This document shows positions 9,501 through 18,403 of a stretch of DNA of 39,238 nucleotides, piece after piece; within the stretch, counting starts at the first letter, position 1, and each line of letters begins with the position of its first letter. A program made the position numbers and the translations under genes. Location: positions 1 through 39,238 of the forward strand of contig JACCLI010000047.1 of NCBI GenBank assembly GCA_013425455.1. The letters are read 5' to 3'. The notes below the pieces were generated by a model. It was not told the DNA's origin. It saw only the letters and a program-made list of their open reading frames with translations, and ran no database searches. This stretch comes from Candidatus Micrarchaeota archaeon (GTDB taxonomy: Archaea; Micrarchaeota; Micrarchaeia; Anstonellales; Bilamarchaeaceae).

Positions 9501-10794
9501 GGCCGGGCTGGAGTGGAGGTCCGGTTCTGTGAGGCTCATGTGCCCGAACTGCATGGTAGCGGTCGCCGCCGGATACAGCGACGAGGGCTCCGGCCCCCAG
9601 ACAAGGATGCGGCTTGTCTCACGGCTCTTCGGATACGGAATTAGATACGGGGCCGGGACGCCGCTTTGGGATGACTATTCATACAACCTATCCTGCGCCA
9701 ACGGGGAGGTCGCGTGCATTTATGAGCGCCTGGATTATGTGGATGTGATTGCTGTGAAATGGGGGTTGGGCGGGCGCAATTCCCATTGTGACATCGAGGA
9801 CGAGCAGGAGAGGTTCGCGGCGATACTCGCGGACGAGATGGAATTCGGCTCCAAGATGCTGCGCAGGTTCGGCAAGCCGGTCGTGGTGACCGACCTCACC
9901 ATAACAAGGCACGAGGGCCTGATTTATGATGAAGGAGTGAGGGACTGCTGGAACGAAACGAGCGCCGCCAAATTTATGGAATACCTCGGCCAGCACACCG
10001 AGGACCTGATAAAGAGCGGGCACATCGGGATTATTTACGGGGACTGGACGTATGACCACTCGAGCGGCACCACCGGCCCCACATATGTAAGGACAAAGGA
10101 GAGCGCGGCTGGTGGATACGTGAGCGGATACAGGGGCTCGTTATATGAGGGGACCCTGCTTGCCTCGAGGGACTTCTCCGGGTATGGAGAGATGACCTCG
10201 CTCATGGAGATACCGGTCAAGGAGAACTGCACCTGCGTCCCCTGCACGTCCACCGACCCGGCGGAGATATGCAATGGAAAATTCGCGGGAAGCGGCGCCC
10301 TCTGCGAATGGGAGGGGGAGCGCGTGATGGTCAAGTGGCCGGACGACTGCATAACCGAAGATGCGTGCATGCCCGGGGAGCAGATGGCCGAATACATGAT
10401 GGACTGCGTGCTTGTGAGCGGAGGGCAGGAGACCGAATTCAGCGTGGACGGGGCGGAGGTCGTCGGGAATCCAGAATTGTACAAGCAGATGATCGCATCA
10501 ATAGAGAATACGGTGGACAGGCCGTGCTTCATGAACAAAACCTACGGCAAGACGCAGATCACAAGGTTCCTTTCCCATCCCCTTCTCTTCAGGAAGGACG
10601 GGAACATGAGCTATACCTGCAATCCGCTCTCCGTGGCGCAGGGGGCAATGTGCGGGCCGCTCCCGAGCTTGGACCTTGAGCAGATGAGATGCACCCTGAG
10701 GATAAAGACCGGATGGCTGACGCCCGGCGGGGTTCCGAGCCCCGGAGGGTTGCCGTCGCTGCCAAGCGGGCCTGGGGGGCCCATCGGAGGATAA
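6532..10794 (+). CDS. Very large Cys-rich, acidic surface lipoprotein, with a possible interrupted TIM-barrel/glycoside-hydrolase-like domain
   Basis: A GGAGGTG RBS and TGATG overlap give ATG 6532. Signal peptide with lipobox LMLAGC; many Cys; FGKPVVVTDL and IGIIYGDW strands; Pro/Gly-rich C-tail. Confidence 0.75.
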   Translation: MRGISVVLAFAFVFGALMLAGCVAPQPSFSNCCMYDNASNDERCITADRTEYDAHGCNMLNMTCNVTLGEGDDTELLPICPKSELLKCNSSCVGMFCGSFEFDPRPPISLDAEDMNDSRDTENADKGQFGGTSKGGAKGLYNGECRLLNMSPATLRATGNTNGGFALNSFRFGVGDSFAEFDEANMYYPLTDFACKINQMGTIDRYANYAIPNSLTEAGTRICAPSGDNKWVCVPSTSYSDVFFETYTYFDCATKCLLQFSGDFPGIDPNSAYLTERNGQMLGNPFAYGVAADSPWGNLINDKDYKSSAEDTAFYDGYPLGYNYYGADFERDDRVLGPNRGGIEGLLAEKGSGEFGLQSDVMDYYSGETADLPTMRWDHLLENFITVEREPHRMYEFLLTYHSVYADQFQNGHYEDNGTWKNGAEFECTMEENGCLSGYCNIFDYSRGVCVNMDNLSKDANCDCVYDYIEGGVACTGKKLLSSPSWDRYNDATSNIEVATTLAAPIDRVGDGPYTHTSMPSKGRTVTFNLDSTDYISGLAESDRDDIDRSFLVIFLGGQNAFPTYTAYQPPTDDTAALWNQTLTIPQVLSPEKWSGCSRYSDCGKFYTTFVDQCVPTYEEDREFYRTSFGVCYSGSPMTTTSSSIFGGLIETRVPYSYGQYLKPDGSIDVENWNCQGLFNFDKKKVTGKGDPSRQVYCYARDKDGNCEAYSTAALMIRGRDVEYEDEDRNLVEGQAFGKCILDGSGNLRTKTYGYCDQCSFLTMAKEKVVALPENKLDPGYQALRVDGSAQRKDNKYCPSLMISTIYSPDAAFEIERASSPLGEWEGQGVHASSDDPEDSYYRSQCRMPDGSEVGMEEAWPDYLPNAYYLKTKLKDYLQRNIMPVLFADDDGLYRARTTDREPYKDKPVLQLGLSDHFEAVQAGTTTNPLIASLWKRNPSIFDKYGLPGDQPYAYTAQGTYLADSVMNLGAGIIVVKNLSTDFVEGSDIVAGLEWRSGSVRLMCPNCMVAVAAGYSDEGSGPQTRMRLVSRLFGYGIRYGAGTPLWDDYSYNLSCANGEVACIYERLDYVDVIAVKWGLGGRNSHCDIEDEQERFAAILADEMEFGSKMLRRFGKPVVVTDLTITRHEGLIYDEGVRDCWNETSAAKFMEYLGQHTEDLIKSGHIGIIYGDWTYDHSSGTTGPTYVRTKESAAGGYVSGYRGSLYEGTLLASRDFSGYGEMTSLMEIPVKENCTCVPCTSTDPAEICNGKFAGSGALCEWEGERVMVKWPDDCITEDACMPGEQMAEYMMDCVLVSGGQETEFSVDGAEVVGNPELYKQMIASIENTVDRPCFMNKTYGKTQITRFLSHPLLFRKDGNMSYTCNPLSVAQGAMCGPLPSLDLEQMRCTLRIKTGWLTPGGVPSPGGLPSLPSGPGGPIGG

Positions 10795-10796
10795 AA

Positions 10797-10802
10797 TTTA
10801 AA
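10797..10802 (+). promoter_or_regulatory. Putative archaeal TATA box for a leaderless transcript
   Basis: TTTAAA lies ~25 nt upstream of ATG 10827 in a 32-bp intergenic gap. Confidence 0.5.
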
Positions 10803-10826
10803 GGTGAGCATATCCATAAGAGACAT

Positions 10827-13800
10827 ATGCGGAAGGCTTTGCTGGCCGTGCTTTTTCTCATTCCAGTACTTTTTTCCATAGTCCCGGATTTGGGCGCAGG
10901 GGCTTATGGCGCTTCCGCGCCGGGCATCTCCAACTCACGGGTCCGCATCGACATAAGCGGGGTGCACCTCATAAATCCGCAGGACGTCTGCCCCTCCTGC
11001 AGCATATTCACAACACAGCCTTTCATGGCTCCCTCCATAAACGAGGAGGAGAAGACCGTTTCCGTGAGCATGGGCGTGATAAACGAGAGCGGAGTGACGG
11101 CGGTGGAGGGGGCGACCCTTTTTGCATATGTACAGAAGGCTGACGGGAGCAACTCAAAAAGATGCAGGATATACACCAATGCGAACGGGAGCGCGAAAAT
11201 AAGCTACAACCCGGTCGACTGCCAGGACGGGTGCACTGTCAAGTTTTTCTTCTGCTGCGCCAACCCCGTCGCGCTCGCCTGCGTGCTGGAGCCCTGCCTA
11301 GGCGAGCCCGTCACCGCGTATAGCGACGTCCCAGCATGCGGCAGTGATGGATACGGGGGAGGGGAATGGCCCTCCAACGCCACGGTGGGTGGGCAGGAGA
11401 TACAGCTATACCCGACCCTAGAAGAGGCGGCGATACCCCCGAGGGCAGTGCTGCCCGGATTTGAATACACTTTTACGCTATGCTTCCCTCTCCTCATGAT
11501 ATTCGGCTTCCTGGGTGCGGCGATGTACGCGTCGGGCAGGGACCCGTTCGCGATGTTTTCATTCTATACCCCAAGGTTCACGCGGGGCATGGAGAGGCCC
11601 ATACAGGGAAGGGGATACACCATCCCGGGCTCTTCAATAATCAATGTCGCGATGAAGGCGACGGATCTAGGGACAGGGAAAACCTCCGCAAATGAGATGT
11701 TCGTTAGTTCGATGGAACAGAGCCCGATGGTCGCAAAAACCAAGGGCGCAGCTGGTGAGTTGGGAGGAGCCAAAGGAACCGCAACTGAAAGAGCAGGTGC
11801 AGGAAGGGCTAGTGCAAGCCAGGAGGAGCTTACAAGCAGGACGTCCGCTGACCGGATGGTTGCCGGGGGTTCCGGCGCAGTCATCGGCCAGAGCATCGGG
11901 GTTTCCGAGAGCATGATGCGCCCCGGCGAGGCAGGCGTTGGCGTGGGAACCGCGCTCCTTGCGCTGCTCGGGATAATGCTGAGGTTCTCAAATGCTCCCT
12001 GGCTCACAGGAGGGCTTTCACAAAGATTGATTGGAATTGCCGATGCATGGCAGGCCGAAAGGGTCTCGGGCTATTTCCAAACGAATGCGGCGCCAATAGC
12101 AGGAAGCATGCACGTTCGGTTTGACTCGGAAGGGAATGTCAGCCAGCTCACATATGTAAGCCCGCAAACCGGTGAAACGGTGACGGTTGAGGGTGTCGAC
12201 AAATGCAGGGCATTCGTAGATTCGGTGAGGAACGGCCTTGCCGCGAATGCCCAGGCGGGCGATAATAATGCGATTGATGGCCTGAACCAGTTCAATGAAC
12301 GGGTTGCGAACCTCCAGCACCCTGTGACCGGGGCGCGGGCAATGCTGATTGCTGAGGGAAGCAGGGAGGGTGGCCCTACTGGGGAGGTTCTTGCTGCAAT
12401 GGCAACGCTTGCAGACCCGAGTTCTTCTCCTGACAAGAGGCGCCAGGCCCTTGAAACTATTGCCAATTCGGACCAGGTTTCTGGGGATGTAAAAATAGCG
12501 GCGTTCGTTGCCGCAAGCGACGGAATGAATTATCAGCAGTTTGCCGCTTTTGTTGGTGCGGAAGGTTCTTCTGCGGCCAGGATATTCGGGGAACTAACTT
12601 CAAATTCTGCGGCGCTAAATGAAAGGCTGGACGGGAAGATTGACGGGAACATGCTCGGCGCGATAGGCGCGGCTGCGGAGAGGCTCGAGCAATTAAATGC
12701 CGGCAGGAGGGAAGGCCAGGCGGACAGCCTCGGCATCGGAACTATTGTCGCAAACATGAGGAGCGATATGGGCGAATGCCGTGGGGGCCCGGAAGTGTTT
12801 GTTTTCAGGAGCGGAACGGAAGATTCAGCCGCCAGGATGGCTGCAATGGGCCTCTCCGGAGCCGCATTGGATATGCGCATAAGCCTTGACGCGTTGGGCC
12901 AACGCACCGCAGAAAACGGCGAGGTAACCGACGGAATCGGCCAACGCCTGATTCTCGGCCATTTGAGTGCTGATGCACGCGCTGAGGTGGAGGCTGCGAT
13001 GGACAGCGAGGGCAGGGTGGACATATCCAAGCTAAGCGGAAATGCGAGAGGAGAATTGGGCAGTGTGATAGAACAACAGGTGAGAGGGGCAATTGTCAGT
13101 GAATACAATGTCGCCTACTCGCAACAACAGGCGACGGATTTCAAGAATGGCAACTCGGGGGAGGCACTTACCCTGAGAGACTTCCAGGAGGCGCTTGGGA
13201 ACTATGCGGCGGCAACACAAAGCTCCTACGAGATCATGAATGCGCAGGTTATGGGCCCTGCAAGGGAGGAGGCGCTCGCACTAATAGAGAGGAATCCGAA
13301 TCCAGTGGACAACCTGGGCAGGCTCACCACGATGGTCCTGCCTGAACAACTGGCAGCAAATGATGTGAGGGCTGTCATGGAGAGGCGGGGGATAGACCCG
13401 GAACTGGCAAGCATCATGGTTGGGATAGCGGGGGCGCAGGCGCAAGTAGGCTTCATTAATGGCCGCTATGAGGAACGTCCTGATGGCCAGAGGGAGTACG
13501 TACCGGGCCTCAGCGAAAGGCTTGGATTGCTGGCCATGGGGCCTACGGAATCCTACGGGCAGAGGGCAGACAATGCATATGCCAGCCTTGCTGAGATAGA
13601 CCGGCAGGTGGCTGAATTCAACGGCGCCATACAGACGCTTGACAATCCAAATGCGAGCCCGGAGGAGAAGGAACACGCGAGAGGGGTGGTCGCTGGGGGT
13701 ATGGAGCCATTTTTGGAGTACAAACGGGCCGAAGCCTCGCAGATTCTCGAAAACCCGGAAGCAAGCCAAGCGGACAAGGAATGGGCAACAAGAATTATGG

Positions 13801-14951
13801 CTTTGGACCCCGCCACCGCATTCACTGATGAGGGGCAGCGGGGGACACTCTGGCAGGAATACAATGCCCATATGGGGGAGCAGAAGGACCAGCAAAGAGC
13901 GGAAATGGAATTTGGAAGAACTAGGGAAAGCATATTTGCATCGGGGCCGCCTCTGGGCCAGCCTTCTAACGAACAGGAGAGGATAGCGGCGCAGGAAAGG
14001 GAAGCCGCCCTCCGGCAGGCGGTCGAGCAGTATACAACCTCCGCTTATTCACAAGCTGAAACCAAGCCAGACTCCGGACAGATTATACAGTTTACCATAT
14101 ACGGGGATCCGAATGCCAGGGAGATGCTCGATGCAGCAAGGCCCAACCTTCCCGCCACGGTCCAGGCGCAGCTTGACACGTTCCTGTCTAATACCGCATC
14201 ACAAGAAGAAAAATCACGTGCCCTGGACGTGCTTGTGCCCGCCCTCGATAATTATTATAGATATGCCGAAAATTCTGCCGATGACCGGCTCACTGCAGCG
14301 GACCGCAGCGAAGCTCAATGGGCAGTACACACTCTTACGACTTCCGAGGACTCCTCCGCCCGCCAACAAGCCGCAGAAAGTCTCCGCGAACTGAGAGGAG
14401 TGTCAGGTGAGGCGCAGCCTGGAATAGACGCGCTGATTGCTACGGCAACCGTGCCGCCTTCGCAGTGGACAGACGAGCAAAGGGCGAATCTCGGAGCTGT
14501 GTTGCCCAAGGTCCAGGAAAGGCTGGATATATATTTCGACACCACTGGCTATGACAGGGCGATTTCAAATCCAGATGGAACGAGGCAGGGGCTCATAAAC
14601 GATTATGCGAACGACAGGCAAAGCGAACTGAATGCGACCCGGGATTGGGCACAACAGGCAGGCACCGCTGCAGCCAGAACAGAGTACGAAACCGCGCAGA
14701 TACAGGTATCCCTTCTGGGAAATGAAGCGATAGACCGCTTTTACCAAAACATGGATGCGAACAGGGAGATTGCGGAAAGGGCCGCAAGGAACGTCACGGA
14801 ACGCGGATCAGAGAGTGTCGGGGCAGAGATTGCGGGAAGAGGCGGCTGGAGCTCCGAATACCAGGCTGCCGACAGCGCGTTTGCAGCAAGAAGGGCTGAA
14901 GAAGAGAGGCGCCGCAGGGAGCAGGGAGGCAGCGAAGGGGGGCAGAGGTAA
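10827..14951 (+). CDS. Large membrane-anchored protein: Cys-rich exterior domain, TM segments and a ~1000-aa Ala/Glu/Gln/Arg-rich helical tail
   Basis: Start at MRKALLAVLF (signal peptide). TM segment FPLLMIFGFLGAAMYASGRDPF; second hydrophobic segment LLALLGIML; repeated (N/D)PxASxEEK-like motifs in the tail. Confidence 0.75.
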   Translation: MRKALLAVLFLIPVLFSIVPDLGAGAYGASAPGISNSRVRIDISGVHLINPQDVCPSCSIFTTQPFMAPSINEEEKTVSVSMGVINESGVTAVEGATLFAYVQKADGSNSKRCRIYTNANGSAKISYNPVDCQDGCTVKFFFCCANPVALACVLEPCLGEPVTAYSDVPACGSDGYGGGEWPSNATVGGQEIQLYPTLEEAAIPPRAVLPGFEYTFTLCFPLLMIFGFLGAAMYASGRDPFAMFSFYTPRFTRGMERPIQGRGYTIPGSSIINVAMKATDLGTGKTSANEMFVSSMEQSPMVAKTKGAAGELGGAKGTATERAGAGRASASQEELTSRTSADRMVAGGSGAVIGQSIGVSESMMRPGEAGVGVGTALLALLGIMLRFSNAPWLTGGLSQRLIGIADAWQAERVSGYFQTNAAPIAGSMHVRFDSEGNVSQLTYVSPQTGETVTVEGVDKCRAFVDSVRNGLAANAQAGDNNAIDGLNQFNERVANLQHPVTGARAMLIAEGSREGGPTGEVLAAMATLADPSSSPDKRRQALETIANSDQVSGDVKIAAFVAASDGMNYQQFAAFVGAEGSSAARIFGELTSNSAALNERLDGKIDGNMLGAIGAAAERLEQLNAGRREGQADSLGIGTIVANMRSDMGECRGGPEVFVFRSGTEDSAARMAAMGLSGAALDMRISLDALGQRTAENGEVTDGIGQRLILGHLSADARAEVEAAMDSEGRVDISKLSGNARGELGSVIEQQVRGAIVSEYNVAYSQQQATDFKNGNSGEALTLRDFQEALGNYAAATQSSYEIMNAQVMGPAREEALALIERNPNPVDNLGRLTTMVLPEQLAANDVRAVMERRGIDPELASIMVGIAGAQAQVGFINGRYEERPDGQREYVPGLSERLGLLAMGPTESYGQRADNAYASLAEIDRQVAEFNGAIQTLDNPNASPEEKEHARGVVAGGMEPFLEYKRAEASQILENPEASQADKEWATRIMALDPATAFTDEGQRGTLWQEYNAHMGEQKDQQRAEMEFGRTRESIFASGPPLGQPSNEQERIAAQEREAALRQAVEQYTTSAYSQAETKPDSGQIIQFTIYGDPNAREMLDAARPNLPATVQAQLDTFLSNTASQEEKSRALDVLVPALDNYYRYAENSADDRLTAADRSEAQWAVHTLTTSEDSSARQQAAESLRELRGVSGEAQPGIDALIATATVPPSQWTDEQRANLGAVLPKVQERLDIYFDTTGYDRAISNPDGTRQGLINDYANDRQSELNATRDWAQQAGTAAARTEYETAQIQVSLLGNEAIDRFYQNMDANREIAERAARNVTERGSESVGAEIAGRGGWSSEYQAADSAFAARRAEEERRRREQGGSEGGQR

Positions 14952-14957
14952 TCCCCC

Positions 14958-15269
14958 ATGCCAGAAACCCGCCCGATAAAAAGATTAAGACGGCACCTCA
15001 CGATTGAAAATTTGTGGCTCTATATTCTATCTATAATCAGGAGGGACGGCGAATGCTATGCGTATACGCTCCCGGACCAGATTGAGAAGGATTTCTACTT
15101 CAGACCCAGCAGAGTTATGGTATATATAGTATTGCACATGCTGGAGGGGGAGGGGCTCATCAAAAGCGAGCAGAAGGAGAGGAGGAAATATTACAGATTG
15201 ACGGAGAGGGGGAAGGAAACCCTGACCGAAGCGAAAAAGTATTTCAAATTGCTCTCCGAAACCTTATGA
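14958..15269 (+). CDS. PadR-family winged-helix transcriptional regulator
   Basis: LYILSII...YAY...VYIVLHMLEGEGLI...RRKYYRLTERGKE is the PadR signature. Confidence 0.9.
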   Translation: MPETRPIKRLRRHLTIENLWLYILSIIRRDGECYAYTLPDQIEKDFYFRPSRVMVYIVLHMLEGEGLIKSEQKERRKYYRLTERGKETLTEAKKYFKLLSETL

Positions 15270-16295
15270 GATGCGGAAGCGGAGGAGCGCAGCAACTCCG
15301 CCGAACCCCTTCAATTTGTGCGCGGAATCGCCCTTGGAGGAAAAGAACACTATGTTTGCCTTTTTTGATTCCGCCTCCTCGGTCATCCTTTCTATTTCCT
15401 TGTCCTTGCGCAATGCGTCGTCCAAAACGAGGAGGGATTCCACCGCGCTCATTTCCACCGCCTGCGCCACCTCCTTTTTTCCGTATGCGGCCAGCCCCGT
15501 GCCCTTGTTCACGCGGACCATGAATTCCTCGAACAGCTTCTCCTCCTGTTCCATCTGCGCTTCTCCCGCTATTTTTTCTATAACGCCTTTCTTCATCAGT
15601 TCGTTTATTCCGCTTCTTTCCGCATAGGAGCAGGATTCGAAAACTATCTTTTTGAGGAGGTCGGGGTATTTCTTGGAAACGAAGGATTTGAGCCCGTCCT
15701 TTGCGAAGCCCGGGCCGGCGACGATAAAGCGCTCGTCCGCCCCGGAAACATAGGAAGCGACCTCGCCGTAATACTGCCTAACCTTGTCCTCATAATTATC
15801 CTCCCTCTTGCTTCCCCCGAACCAGATGGTCGGGCCGTATTCCAATCCATATCCACGGAGGATTGCGGTGATGGCTTTCTCCTCGTCCATCACTATTATG
15901 CGGAGGGTGGGGCGGGAGGTCTCCTTCACCGCCTTCTCCAATCTTGAAATTTCGAAATTCTTCCATTCCTTGATTACCTTTACTGTGTCCCCGGCCTCCA
16001 AATCGAAGGTGTGGTGGCGGCCCTTCTGGACGAACTCCTCCGGGTTTCCGGCGATTATGACTCCAGCGATGCGGAGGCGGTTCGCGGTCTCGGCGAATTC
16101 AACGTTTTCCACTCTTAATGTAATAAAAACGGGCTTCCTTTCCTCCTTCCCCTCGCCGAATTTTACGCTGCGGTAAGTCCTGGCTTCCACTAGGTCTCCC
16201 TCCTTGAGGATTCTCTCCAGATGCCAGAGGTCCTCGAGGCGCTGGAGCATGAGCTTCATTTCGCCCGCCTTAAGGTCACGGTGGACTATTCGCAT
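15264..16295 (-). CDS. pelA: mRNA surveillance protein aPelota
   Basis: EDLWHL, RLRIAGVI, GRHHT, AGPGFAK, AAYG, and LKGFGGVAALLRF at the C-terminus. Confidence 0.95.
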   Translation of the reverse strand: MRIVHRDLKAGEMKLMLQRLEDLWHLERILKEGDLVEARTYRSVKFGEGKEERKPVFITLRVENVEFAETANRLRIAGVIIAGNPEEFVQKGRHHTFDLEAGDTVKVIKEWKNFEISRLEKAVKETSRPTLRIIVMDEEKAITAILRGYGLEYGPTIWFGGSKREDNYEDKVRQYYGEVASYVSGADERFIVAGPGFAKDGLKSFVSKKYPDLLKKIVFESCSYAERSGINELMKKGVIEKIAGEAQMEQEEKLFEEFMVRVNKGTGLAAYGKKEVAQAVEMSAVESLLVLDDALRKDKEIERMTEEAESKKANIVFFSSKGDSAHKLKGFGGVAALLRFRIS

Positions 16296-16337
16296 ACAGT
16301 AGATAGTGGGATTGGGGAATTTAAAATAAGTGGGAAC

Positions 16338-17801
16338 TTACTTCCAGAGCTTCAGCCTTCTCTTTGCCTCCTGCCAAAACATCTTTACGTATTGCAATCC
16401 CTGCCTGGCTTTCCCGGTAAGGAGGACCATCTTCCTCAAAAGGGAGCGCCTCGCCTTCATCGGAAGGAGCTTTCCCCCGTCCAGCTCGACGAAGGCGTCA
16501 TAGGAGACCTTCGCTGGGATTTCGCATCCGTTGCGGGAGAAAGAGCCCTTGCGGAGGACCTGCACGAATTCCGAAGATGTGAAGTCCTTCTTTGCGAAAA
16601 CCTCGCGGGCGCGCTCCTTGTTCTTCTCGTCAAAGTGGATTACGAGGCGGCCGTATGAGAGCGGGCTCGCCATCCTCCAGTAGAACGGAACTCCGGAGTA
16701 AACGTGCGTGTCGTGGTCAAAATAATTCCTCTTGCCGAATGTGTGGCGACAGTGGAGGGAGAACGCGTAGGTGATGTTGTTCTGCGTCATCTTCGCAGTG
16801 GTGCCGACGTACTTCGTAACGATGCCTCTGAAGAAATCCTCGGAAATTAGCCTGCCGGAAAATGAGACGGGGCTGTTGGAGAATGTCGGGTTGTATATGG
16901 CGACCATGTCTGCGTATTTCCTTATGAAATCGAAAAGCCACTGCAGGGACTCGCCGGCATCGAGTTCGTTTATGATGCCCATGCTGAGCACGCCCGCGCC
17001 CAGCTGCGTTTCCCCGTAGGGATGGGCGATGCCGAGGGCGAGCTCGTTCCTTGCGCGCATGTCGGATATCCTTCCCAGCAGCTTTTTCCGTTCCATCACG
17101 GGCGCCATCCCGGGGAATTCGCGGACCAGGCGGTCAACCATCATCCCGTAAAAGGAGGAAGCGGTCTCAAGGCTGCTGAAATAGATGTTCATGTGGGGGC
17201 CGTTCGAGCTGTCCGGGTTCCTGTGCGGGAGGGTGAGCTCTATGGAAGGGACTTTCAGGATTCCGCATCTTCTCTCCAGCTCCGCAATCTCGCGGATGTG
17301 TTTGGGGATTACGTGGTTGTGGTATCCGGTGGCGTCTATGTCATAGTGCCAGAGGAGCATCTCGCGGATTATGTTTATCCTTGAGGATGCGCCGTCGTCC
17401 TTCCCTTCGTTCTCTCCCCAGTGGCCGTGCGGGACTACGAAGCGGGTGTTGGGGTCCTTCGCCTTCTGCACGTCCAGTACCTCGTCCTTCACCTTCTCCG
17501 CCCAGGCGTCGCTGACGCGGAACGAGGAGAAGCGGCGCATCAGCTCTCGCTTGGAAAGCGCCTTTCCGCCCTCCCCCTTGGAGGGGTCGGTGAAGAATAC
17601 CTTTGTCCTTCCGAAAAATGAGGTTTTTATGAACACGCAGAAATTGGAATCCGGGGAGTTCAGCCCGCGGTTGAGGATTATCTCCCCTTTTTTGCATAAT
17701 CGGGAGTCGTCTATTATGCCGAAGCCGAGGCCCTGAAGCTCATCAACGAGCTTCTGCCTCTTTTCAATCCCCCTCTGCTGGAGGGAGCGGAAGATTCCCA
17801 C
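16338..17801 (-). CDS. PHP-fold metal-dependent phosphoesterase-like protein with an N-terminal extension
   Basis: PHP metal-ligand motifs appear in order: PHGH, DDG, GYHNH, SIEL, GPHMNIY, IAHPY, DHDTH. Confidence 0.7.
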   Translation of the reverse strand: MGIFRSLQQRGIEKRQKLVDELQGLGFGIIDDSRLCKKGEIILNRGLNSPDSNFCVFIKTSFFGRTKVFFTDPSKGEGGKALSKRELMRRFSSFRVSDAWAEKVKDEVLDVQKAKDPNTRFVVPHGHWGENEGKDDGASSRINIIREMLLWHYDIDATGYHNHVIPKHIREIAELERRCGILKVPSIELTLPHRNPDSSNGPHMNIYFSSLETASSFYGMMVDRLVREFPGMAPVMERKKLLGRISDMRARNELALGIAHPYGETQLGAGVLSMGIINELDAGESLQWLFDFIRKYADMVAIYNPTFSNSPVSFSGRLISEDFFRGIVTKYVGTTAKMTQNNITYAFSLHCRHTFGKRNYFDHDTHVYSGVPFYWRMASPLSYGRLVIHFDEKNKERAREVFAKKDFTSSEFVQVLRKGSFSRNGCEIPAKVSYDAFVELDGGKLLPMKARRSLLRKMVLLTGKARQGLQYVKMFWQEAKRRLKLWK

Positions 17802-17861
17802 ATGCCCACCAACGTATATTTATGTGTGGTAACCTATATAAACGGGATGTGGGCGGAGGTG

Positions 17862-18350
17862 TTACGGAGAGATTTTCTTCCAGAGCTCCCTCTTCGCCTT
17901 CTCGGAAAGGCTCTTGTCCTCCTTGAAGAACCTGAGGAAGAATTCGCGCAGGAGCTCGTTGGTGCGGGCGGGGTCCCTCTTCTTCGCCATCTTCATGTAT
18001 TTGGCGGACTCTGGGCTGTCTAAAAAAAGAAGGCACGCCGCGACAAGGAACAGGGAATCCGTATCCTCGGAAATCTCCAATGCGTGGTGGAGGTCATCCA
18101 TCGCCTCCTCGAATTCGAACAATTCCATGTGCACAGAGGCCTTTGCGCGGTAGTATTTTGCATCCGGCTTAATTTGGAGTGCGCGCTCGAAACATTCCGT
18201 GGCGTATTCGAGCCTCCCCTCGTGCTGGGAGACCATCCCCATCCTGAACCAGGACTCGGGGTCCCATCTGGTCTTCCTGATGGTGTCCTTCGCGCGCTTC
18301 CTCACTTGCTCTTTCTTTCCTGCGCGCAGAAGGGCGAGCGTTTCCTCCAT
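17862..18350 (-). CDS. Tetratricopeptide-repeat protein
   Basis: PESWFRMG...ATECFERALQIKP and YYRAKA...FEEAMDDLHHALEI follow the TPR pattern. Confidence 0.85.
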   Translation of the reverse strand: MEETLALLRAGKKEQVRKRAKDTIRKTRWDPESWFRMGMVSQHEGRLEYATECFERALQIKPDAKYYRAKASVHMELFEFEEAMDDLHHALEISEDTDSLFLVAACLLFLDSPESAKYMKMAKKRDPARTNELLREFFLRFFKEDKSLSEKAKRELWKKISP

Positions 18351-18371
18351 GCGAGCATATGCCCATCAAGC

Positions 18372-18379
18372 ATTTAAAA
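18372..18379. promoter_or_regulatory. Probable bidirectional TATA box (TPR gene / tRNA-Gln)
   Basis: ATTTAAAA lies ~22-25 nt from both ATG 18350 (-) and the tRNA start at 18404 (+). Confidence 0.45.
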
Positions 18380-18403
18380 CGGTTATTGTGTAGTTTAATT
18401 GCT

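Noticed and set aside
10689-10826. N-terminal extension of ORF 10689..14951
   Set aside because: It overlaps the lipoprotein gene and a TATA box. ATG 10827 starts a signal peptide.
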